Source: a virus. From it: a stretch of DNA of 64,000 nucleotides. Numbering within the stretch: position 1 is the first letter of the stretch; each line of letters opens with the position of its first letter. The notes under the pieces are model-generated. The model had not been told where the DNA came from and made no database searches. It was given only the letters and a program-made list of their open reading frames with translations. The position numbers and the translations under genes are program-made. Below, one piece after another: positions 57,478 to 64,000 of this stretch. Location: positions 32,001 through 96,000 of the IMG/VR virus record IMGVR_UViG_3300008113_000014. The stretch is one strand, 5' to 3'.

Positions 57478-58602
57478 CTATAAGCGATTGATCTGCTTGT
57501 TTATAAACTCCAAGAATTTACCAGTAATTAGTGCAAACCCTAGCTCAGGCTTAGCATTAACACATTCTGGACTGACTATATACTTTGCCCACTCCTTTAC
57601 AGATGCCTTGTTCTTGCCTGCTGTATCTGCTAAAAGGTAGGATACAATCCCTAGAGGGTATGCTCCAGCCTCTTTGGTAGAGTAGTCGTAGGTAAGTATA
57701 TTGTTTGAGTCTATTGAGGCTTCTCCAAGGAATGCTGATACATTTGCGCTATTAGGCTCAACAAAGTTACCAGAAGCATTTCCTATGTTTGCCACCTTAA
57801 GGTTAAAGAACTTGGCAAAAGAAACCTCTGCATATGTAATAGAATACTTAGTCTTTGATGCAAGTGTTGCTACACCCTGTGACTGATTTGCTCCAGAGAT
57901 TCTTCCTATGTTATTTACATCATTAATGTTATTTGGAAATGATGTTGAAAATGAATCAGAGACGGGCTTAGTCCATGTATTAGGAGAAAAGGCCTTCATA
58001 TATCTAACAAAATTATTAGTTGTGCCAGAGTTATCTAGTCTAAAAATAACTTTAATTTTTTGGTTTGGCATAGTGTATACAATGCTTTTGGTTGACGTTC
58101 TTAATACTACTGGGCTGCCAGCCTTATCTTTAATTAGATTACCAGTTGCATCTTTCTTATATACTACCTCTTTAATTTTTCTATTGTTGTCAGCCTTAAT
58201 AGCAGGATCATTCCACATTGTTATTTCTCCCGCAAAAATCTTAGCGACTGTAGTTGATGATAGATAAACCTGTCTGTTACCTGGCAGGTTGTGCATAACG
58301 GCAATAGGTGCTGCAACTACTGGAATATGAATAATTGATGGCTTCTTAGTTGATGCAGTATGAGCTGAGTCTGAAAACCAGAAATCACCAATGCCTTTGT
58401 CAGATGAGGTCTTGCCAGCACCAGAACCGTTGGCTGAGTATGTTACTAAATTGCCTGTGTTCCTAGCATAAGATGATCTGCATTCGTCAATGAGGTTGGC
58501 TGGGAAAGATGCACCATTGCCAACAATATTTTCTGCTGCAAAGGCTGGGGTAGAAATAGATAGAGCAGCAACTACTGCCATTACGATAAGTTTAATTCTC
58601 AT
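57478..58602 (-). CDS. pstS: Phosphate ABC transporter substrate-binding protein
   Basis: Signal peptide; G.GASF, YSANGSGAG, IT.WNDPAI, R.DNSGTT and AYPL motifs. Confidence 0.88.
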   Translation of the reverse strand: MRIKLIVMAVVAALSISTPAFAAENIVGNGASFPANLIDECRSSYARNTGNLVTYSANGSGAGKTSSDKGIGDFWFSDSAHTASTKKPSIIHIPVVAAPIAVMHNLPGNRQVYLSSTTVAKIFAGEITMWNDPAIKADNNRKIKEVVYKKDATGNLIKDKAGSPVVLRTSTKSIVYTMPNQKIKVIFRLDNSGTTNNFVRYMKAFSPNTWTKPVSDSFSTSFPNNINDVNNIGRISGANQSQGVATLASKTKYSITYAEVSFAKFFNLKVANIGNASGNFVEPNSANVSAFLGEASIDSNNILTYDYSTKEAGAYPLGIVSYLLADTAGKNKASVKEWAKYIVSPECVNAKPELGFALITGKFLEFINKQINRL

Positions 58603-58651
58603 AATAAGAGTATATAGTAAATAAACTATATTATGATAAAAAATAGGCTCA

Positions 58652-58680
58652 TTTTACCAAATGTTCACCTAATGTTCTAC
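58652..58680. promoter_or_regulatory. PHO-box-like 11-nt direct repeats
   Basis: TTTTACC(58652)-GTTCACC(58663)-GTTCTAC(58674), upstream of pstS. Confidence 0.55.
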
Positions 58681-59158
58681 TTGACATACCTGTAGCCAAG
58701 CTGTATAATAAAAGTATGACAAACCAAGAAATAGCAACACTGTTAGATCAAGAATCCTATCGCATTTGGGACACTACTAAGGTTATTAAGAATCAAGACT
58801 ACCATGATGGATTAGTTAAGGGACTTAAGATGGCATCTAAATTGGTGGCTAAACTGTGAAGATTAACTATGGAACACAAACCGCTAGCTATTCTTTAGGA
58901 GTATACGTTCACAACTGGGGCTATCCAATTAAACATGAGTGGGAAATTGGGCTATACTTATTTAAGTGGTATATAGGATTGGATTTTTTTAAATGAGTTT
59001 AGATGACATGATATTGAGAGAAGAGATTGCAAGGGCTATTGAGGCTATTCCAATTGAAGACTCTGTTACTAATGCACTTGGCATGCGTATACTTGCTGCT
59101 AAAGTTGCAAGGGGACAAGACAATAATCTGTCAAGCATATTTGAACAGCAGATAGACT

Positions 59159-59368
59159 TTGAATAAACATTACGATATACCAGATCCATTCCAAACCTTT
59201 ATATCCAAGAAATATGCTAACGCTAAAGGATACATGCATGACTTCTTTACTGGAGAATGGTCTTATAAGTGTTTAACTTGTAAGGATGATCTTTCTGGTC
59301 CATCCCGCAAAATATTGACAAAGATTAGATTGTTTCATACAAGAAATGAGTGCTTGGGTGGATACTAA
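59159..59368 (+). CDS. Hypothetical protein
   Basis: ORF. Confidence 0.5.
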   Translation: MNKHYDIPDPFQTFISKKYANAKGYMHDFFTGEWSYKCLTCKDDLSGPSRKILTKIRLFHTRNECLGGY

Positions 59369-59582
59369 ATAAAAACGTCTTCAAGGCATCTATTACAAAA
59401 CCAGTCAGCTGATCCTGCAGACTTTCTAGCGCCACCATAAACAACTTCATTGTTATCTACCTTATCAATAACTTCCCCATACATATATCCGTATACTATG
59501 GGTATTAGCCAATGGTCGCATTCATACATAATATAATCATACCACACTTGCAATACCGCTGATTTTCTGGTATGATATATAT

Positions 59583-59819
59583 ATGGAAACAAATGGGTGG
59601 ACTAAAGACTTAGATGATGAGCAAAAGACATATGTCATGGATCTCATTATTACTACTGTAAAAGAAATCAGAGAGCAGATTGCTCAAGATATTGAGGCAA
59701 CTGTTCCTGTGTGGCAGGGCCTAGGTTTTATGAAAAGTCGTAGAACTAAAGCTGCATTTAAGGTCTGTGCTGCTATTGCAAGAGGCCAAAATGAAAAGGT
59801 AGGGGAAAATAATGAATAA
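59583..59819 (+). CDS. Hypothetical protein (REQIAQDIE...AAIARG family)
   Basis: Motif; leaderless-type start. Confidence 0.6.
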   Translation: METNGWTKDLDDEQKTYVMDLIITTVKEIREQIAQDIEATVPVWQGLGFMKSRRTKAAFKVCAAIARGQNEKVGENNE

Positions 59820-59940
59820 ACGTATCTATATATGTGAAGATCCAGAGTGTGGGACAAAGATTACTATTGAAGCTAAAGGTGATTTAGCTGAATCTATCAT
59901 ATGTCCATGTGATAAAATAATGCCAACCATTGGTGCATAA

Positions 59941-60168
59941 ATGTGGTCATGGATTTTGGCTGTAATAGGTGTAGCTGGCATCTATTTTGTTGGTCGTAAG
60001 ACTATATGGGGCTGGCTTATTCTATGTGCAAATGAGATCCTGTGGATTACATATGCATTAATAACAAAACAATATGGTTTTATATTTTCTGCTATTGCTT
60101 ATGCAGCAGTATATATTAAATCATTTATACATTGGCGTAGAGATGATGCGGAAGGAGTAACACAATGA
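59941..60168 (+). CDS. Small PnuC-like membrane protein
   Basis: Three hydrophobic segments; WGW...LW..YA...QYG. Confidence 0.6.
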   Translation: MWSWILAVIGVAGIYFVGRKTIWGWLILCANEILWITYALITKQYGFIFSAIAYAAVYIKSFIHWRRDDAEGVTQ

Positions 60169-60267
60169 TTGAGTTAATTCTTTTATCTGTTGGAGCATTT
60201 GCACTTGGGTATGCAGTTTCATATTTAGTAATGACATTTGGTATTAAACAAGATAAGTAATTGTTTG

Positions 60268-60341
60268 GCTCCAGTAGCTCAGTTGGTTAGAGCCCCAAAC
60301 TCATAATTTGGTCGTCGTAGGTTCAAGTCCTACCTGGTGCA
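60268..60341 (+). tRNA. tRNA with CAT anticodon (Met or Ile2)
   Basis: CCAAA-CTCATAA-TTTGG; one T-T acceptor mismatch. Confidence 0.85.
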
Positions 60342-60345
60342 CTAT

Positions 60346-60418
60346 TGGTCTGTAGCTCAGTTGGTAGAGCGCCGAACTGTTAATTCGGATGTCACAGGAT
60401 CGTGCCCTGTCAGACCAG
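60346..60418 (+). tRNA. tRNA-Asn(GTT)
   Basis: CCGAA-CTGTTAA-TTCGG; atypical T loop ATCGTGC. Confidence 0.85.
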
Positions 60419-60422
60419 CAAT

Positions 60423-60497
60423 GCGAAAGTAACTCAATGGTAGAGTACTACCTTGCCAAGGTAGATGTTGCGAGTTCAAATCTCGTCTTTCGCTCCA
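60423..60497 (+). tRNA. tRNA-Gly(GCC)
   Basis: CTACC-TTGCCAA-GGTAG; encoded CCA. Confidence 0.93.
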
Positions 60498-60498
60498 A

Positions 60499-60570
60499 GC
60501 CTTTATAGCTCAGAGGAAGAGCGGACGGTTTCTACCCGTTAGGTCGGAGGTTCAAATCCTTCTAAGGGCA
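60499..60570 (+). tRNA. tRNA-Arg(TCT)
   Basis: GACGG-TTTCTAC-CCGTT; canonical T arm. Confidence 0.9.
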
Positions 60571-60571
60571 C

Positions 60572-60606
60572 AAAAAACAGAAAAGCCAGCCTATTTCTAG
60601 ACTGGC
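60572..60606 (-). terminator. Intrinsic terminator
   Basis: GCCAGTCTA...TAGGCTGGC followed by TTTTCTGTTTTTT on the minus strand. Confidence 0.7.
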
Positions 60607-60623
60607 AATCCTGAAAGTAAATA

Positions 60624-60938
60624 TTAATTTACTTGGTTATTTTTTCCACCACCAGAAGATTTAGCCTTCTTTGCAGCAGCCTCACGAACTGTTGAGGCTT
60701 TCTTTACAGGTGGCTTAGCAGCCTTCAGAGCCTTTTCTACGGAGCTAGCATCTGGCAAGATACCAAAAGCCTTGTCATTAGGGTTGATTGCTCTAATTGC
60801 AACGGGTGCAAGTGCTGCAACAAGTGCAGTCCATAGATCCTTTGGATCTGTCACGCCTGCCATGTATAGGGCAAGACCTGAAGCAAGGACTGAACGTCCG
60901 TATGAAGCAAGTAGTGCCTTTAGTTGTGTTGTATTCAT
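60624..60938 (-). CDS. Holin-like membrane protein with Lys/Ala-rich tail
   Basis: SYGRS...two TM segments...RAINPNDKAFG; AGGAGG RBS. Confidence 0.6.
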   Translation of the reverse strand: MNTTQLKALLASYGRSVLASGLALYMAGVTDPKDLWTALVAALAPVAIRAINPNDKAFGILPDASSVEKALKAAKPPVKKASTVREAAAKKAKSSGGGKNNQVN

Positions 60939-60985
60939 TTTTTCCTCCTAGGATATTTGATCATTTTTTATCACTATGAGACTGA

Positions 60986-61837
60986 CTATATTTTAGTCAG
61001 ACCCAATTCTCTGTATTCTTTTATAAAAGATATTAATCTTTCTCTTTCTTCTTCTTTATTAGCATTCATTAATATTTCATTAATACCTTTTTGTTTTAAT
61101 TCTTTAATAAAATTGTCAAACTCTTCGTAAGTAAAGTATTCAATATCTGTTATCTTACTTTGTTTTTCTCCATCTTTCCAAATTGGTCTTTGTGCATACT
61201 CGTTAGACCTATCAAGATCTTCCTTTGTTTTTCTTATTATTGGTGTTATTGCCAACATTATTTTTCTATTATCAATATTAAAACTATTTCCAGGATCTTC
61301 TCCACGCCCTTCACGAATTACAGTCCAGCGACCATTTTTATAATCTCTATAAGGCAAAATAATTTTATTATCATTTACTGCTGTTGCATTAAAAACATAC
61401 TCGTTTGTTGTTGATGTATAAAAATCTAAGACTGGTTTTGTTTTATTTCCAGGCATGGTGTTAAGAATGTTAACATACTCTATAAGATAGTTAGACCTAT
61501 CAATACGATCAGACTCATCATTTATGTTGCCAAGAATACCGCCAAAAGATTTTTCGTGATCTTTTATATATCCAGATATCAGGTTAATCTGTACTCTGTT
61601 TGGCATAATTAAGCTTAATGATTTGTTTATCATACAAAGATATTGAGGAGAAATAGTGTGGGGTCTAATTGCAACTAAATATTTAATCTTTTCGTTGTGT
61701 TTAATATCTCTTGCTATTCTAGTAAAAACATCACCCAATACTGCATCATAAACAAACATAACACCATCAAAGTGATGTTGCTCTAGTCTAGTGATCTCAC
61801 CTTGTTTAAAGTTTCCACCAAAATAATAAAATTTCAT
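60986..61837 (-). CDS. Luciferase-like (SsuD-type) flavin monooxygenase
   Basis: IKYLVAIRP..ISP.Y...RVQINLISG. Confidence 0.7.
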   Translation of the reverse strand: MKFYYFGGNFKQGEITRLEQHHFDGVMFVYDAVLGDVFTRIARDIKHNEKIKYLVAIRPHTISPQYLCMINKSLSLIMPNRVQINLISGYIKDHEKSFGGILGNINDESDRIDRSNYLIEYVNILNTMPGNKTKPVLDFYTSTTNEYVFNATAVNDNKIILPYRDYKNGRWTVIREGRGEDPGNSFNIDNRKIMLAITPIIRKTKEDLDRSNEYAQRPIWKDGEKQSKITDIEYFTYEEFDNFIKELKQKGINEILMNANKEEERERLISFIKEYRELGLTKI

Positions 61838-61844
61838 ATAACCA

Positions 61845-62003
61845 TTATCTCACATATGTTGTTAAAAAAGAGTAACCTACCCAAAGACCAATGATTCCAG
61901 CTACGCCTGCAAATACTGGAGGTGCTGGAACTGGTAACTTAAAGGCTGCAAATACGATACCGCATCCAAACCCTGTAAGTGTTGATAAAATTATATCTTT
62001 CAT
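61845..62003 (-). CDS. XapX/DUF1427-like small membrane protein
   Basis: 52 aa, G.VFA.FKLPVPAPP.FAG..GI.G.W.GY; GAGGAG RBS; below the ORF-track length cutoff. Confidence 0.75.
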   Translation of the reverse strand: MKDIILSTLTGFGCGIVFAAFKLPVPAPPVFAGVAGIIGLWVGYSFLTTYVR

Positions 62004-62410
62004 TGTGTCTCCTCAACTGGCAATAGCTTCTTTAGTTCTTTATATTCTGATGATATTTTTTTCATTGAATGATAATGTGGATAAGCTGAACCAACTTCAC
62101 CATATTCATCAAAGTATGCTATCTCTGGTTCAACCTCATTTACAAAATGAGAAACTCCTTTTTGAATATCTTCAATATATTCATATGCCCAATCACGAGA
62201 ATCAGAAAGAAATTTAATAAAGTTTTCTTTGTGAACATCATTGTTTAAATCATCATTGTTCTTTAATGAAGAAAGACTTTCAATTTTTGAATATGCTACA
62301 GATAATACTTTTACTGCATCTCTTAGTTTTAATATCTTTAATAATAAAAATATACTAAGGATAGATGGAGCTATCGCTATAAAGGATAATGCTATGTTCA
62401 TTGTTGTCAT
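62000..62410 (-). CDS. Membrane-anchored hypothetical protein
   Basis: N-terminal TM helix; FIKFLSDSRDWAY. Confidence 0.65.
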   Translation of the reverse strand: MTTMNIALSFIAIAPSILSIFLLLKILKLRDAVKVLSVAYSKIESLSSLKNNDDLNNDVHKENFIKFLSDSRDWAYEYIEDIQKGVSHFVNEVEPEIAYFDEYGEVGSAYPHYHSMKKISSEYKELKKLLPVEETQ

Positions 62411-62637
62411 TTAATTGCCTCTCTTGATACTAAAACTATTGCGCCTTCCATCTCTAATGCTTTTTTTAACTGAACCACATATTGTAATGCTTCTATTTTT
62501 TCATTATGTCCCATTTTAAGAAAATGATATTCATTCAACTTGATTGTTAAAAAATGCTCATTGTCAATTAGCTCTACCTGAAAATTTTTAGGGGAAATTA
62601 TAGAGTGAAAAGCTCTACGCATATTATCTGTGTACAT
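62407..62637 (-). CDS. Hypothetical protein
   Basis: Coupled ORF. Confidence 0.65.
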   Translation of the reverse strand: MYTDNMRRAFHSIISPKNFQVELIDNEHFLTIKLNEYHFLKMGHNEKIEALQYVVQLKKALEMEGAIVLVSREAIK

Positions 62638-62939
62638 TATTTTTTATCTTTTCTATCTACAAAGTTAAAGATATCTTCCAATGATTCCCAGCCAAGATCT
62701 TCAACAACTTCTAATGCTGCTAAAAATATGTCCCAGGTTTCATATACATATTGTTTAGCTAACTGTGTTGGCTCTACAAGCTCATTATCAATTAAAAATG
62801 CAATAGGCAAACCAATATCGTTATACTCAATAAAATCTTTAAAGTATTTATCATTCTTATAGTCCATCCATAGTTCACCAAGAATTGAACAGATTGATTC
62901 AAAACTACTTACTTGGTGTCCATTGTTAGAGTTTTCCAT
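62637..62939 (-). CDS. Hypothetical protein, paralog of 49019..49285
   Basis: Shared motif. Confidence 0.7.
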   Translation of the reverse strand: MENSNNGHQVSSFESICSILGELWMDYKNDKYFKDFIEYNDIGLPIAFLIDNELVEPTQLAKQYVYETWDIFLAALEVVEDLGWESLEDIFNFVDRKDKK

Positions 62940-63196
62940 ACTTCACCCCACTGCTCCTTTGTTCTATGCTTACTAAACTCTCTAGATATTTCGCCATTTT
63001 CTAAGTATATACCGCCCCAAATTCCCCACTCTTTTCCTGATACTCCATTAGCAAAGCATACTTTTTGAACTGGACAGGCCTGACAAAGATTATCTATTAT
63101 TGGTCTGATTAGTTCATCATCTTCATATTTATCAAAAAATAAATTTGTATCCATATCAAAGCAGGCGCCATTATCTTTCCATAGGTGCTGCTCCAT
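62909..63196 (-). CDS. whiB: WhiB-family Fe-S transcription factor
   Basis: W....AC...FF...C..CPV...C...GIWGG. Confidence 0.9.
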   Translation of the reverse strand: MEQHLWKDNGACFDMDTNLFFDKYEDDELIRPIIDNLCQACPVQKVCFANGVSGKEWGIWGGIYLENGEISREFSKHRTKEQWGEVWKTLTMDTK

Positions 63197-63198
63197 AT

Positions 63199-63408
63199 CT
63201 ACACCTTATATCTATTTGGAATATCCCAGCCATTACGATCAGGTACAAATGTTTTTGCCAGATACCATTTGCCTTTACGATAGATTCCATTGATTGCAGT
63301 CTTGGCAATATCAGACTGTTTAGTTTCTACAACTGTCCAACCATCCCAGTGTAGATTATAGTTCTTTGAAACAATTTTTTCCATTGTTTGCAAATTATTG
63401 ACGATCAT
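63199..63408 (-). CDS. Hypothetical protein
   Basis: ORF in operon. Confidence 0.6.
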   Translation of the reverse strand: MIVNNLQTMEKIVSKNYNLHWDGWTVVETKQSDIAKTAINGIYRKGKWYLAKTFVPDRNGWDIPNRYKV

Positions 63409-63418
63409 TTTTTACCCC

Positions 63419-63781
63419 TTAGTATCTGAAAATTCCTACTTCAATATTATTTTTTTCAGCAACTGACACAAGCTTTGATAAAGGTTGTTTAGGTTTGCTT
63501 AAATAAATAAGATAGTTTACGTGCAATATGTTTTCTTCAACCCATGATGTAGGTGCTTTAAAGAATTTTATTTTTCTGCCACGAGATTTAAAACCACGTT
63601 CAGACAGATTACAAAACTCAGACACAAAAGAATTAATAGCAGCAGGTCCTGCAGCATATACTGTTAATTCTTTATCTCCTTCTTTCATCCCAGAAAGAGC
63701 AACACCCATAGCACGAAGAAAGACTTGGTAGTCATTAAAGTCAGTTGTTCCATGCACCGCTACTATCATCAGAATTTCCAT
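63419..63781 (-). CDS. SLOG/YspA-like protein
   Basis: VAVHGTTDFNDY N-terminal motif. Confidence 0.55.
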   Translation of the reverse strand: MEILMIVAVHGTTDFNDYQVFLRAMGVALSGMKEGDKELTVYAAGPAAINSFVSEFCNLSERGFKSRGRKIKFFKAPTSWVEENILHVNYLIYLSKPKQPLSKLVSVAEKNNIEVGIFRY

Positions 63782-64000
63782 TCTTTAAGCTATCCAATAT
63801 GAATAGCATTTTATCAATATCCCGCTTTGACATATTGTTTGTATCAACTGGCCTTACAGTATCTGGATTTACTAAACCTTCTACTGTATCTGCCACATAA
63901 AACATATTGTCATGTACCCAATATGCCTGACCTTCTATTATTAAAACCTTCACCGTATTACTACGCATATGCTTTCTTGCTTGAGAAAGCGGTTTTGGTA
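63741..64000 (-). CDS. Hypothetical protein (5' end may lie beyond window)
   Basis: Frame stays open from the ATG at 63968 to the window edge. Confidence 0.55.
   Translation of the reverse strand, partial: PKPLSQARKHMRSNTVKVLIIEGQAYWVHDNMFYVADTVEGLVNPDTVRPVDTNNMSKRDIDKMLFILDSLKNGNSDDSSGAWNN

Noticed and set aside
61891-62217. 108-aa plus-strand ORF
   Set aside because: Antisense to the XapX-like gene and to 62000..62410.

Overview
This window is 64 kb of an AT-rich tailed dsDNA phage (siphovirus-type). An actinobacterial host, probably a low-GC freshwater lineage, is inferred from WhiB, an actinophage-type holin, leaderless genes and the regulator motifs below. 1-34.6 kb, minus strand: virion module (partial tape measure, two paralogous tail chaperones, major tail, head-tail proteins, HK97-type capsid, protease, portal), a class II RNR, repeat-rich fibres, and an 11-gene block of eight 2OG-Fe(II) oxygenases, an SDR and two DUF6065-like proteins. 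That block sits directly behind an Fn3 protein with a ~110-aa Pro/Phe/Tyr repeat tail and a collagen-like protein. 34.6-51.9 kb: a divergent region of many small, probably early, genes, bracketed by an 18/19-bp inverted repeat and built from repeated non-coding modules. The modules contain ten exact TGTCAG-N10-TAnnnT promoters (the actinobacterial PafBC/RecA-NDp DNA-damage promoter), 13 CRP-type boxes, DnaA boxes, GACAC (WhiA-type) boxes, a CTCGGG boundary hexamer and six copies of a covarying H-type RNA pseudoknot after stop codons. An iteron/DnaA origin-like segment lies at 49.3-50.2 kb. 52-64 kb: a second modification locus, PstS with a PHO-like box, tRNAs, holin and WhiB. All calls were made by eye; no database search was run.
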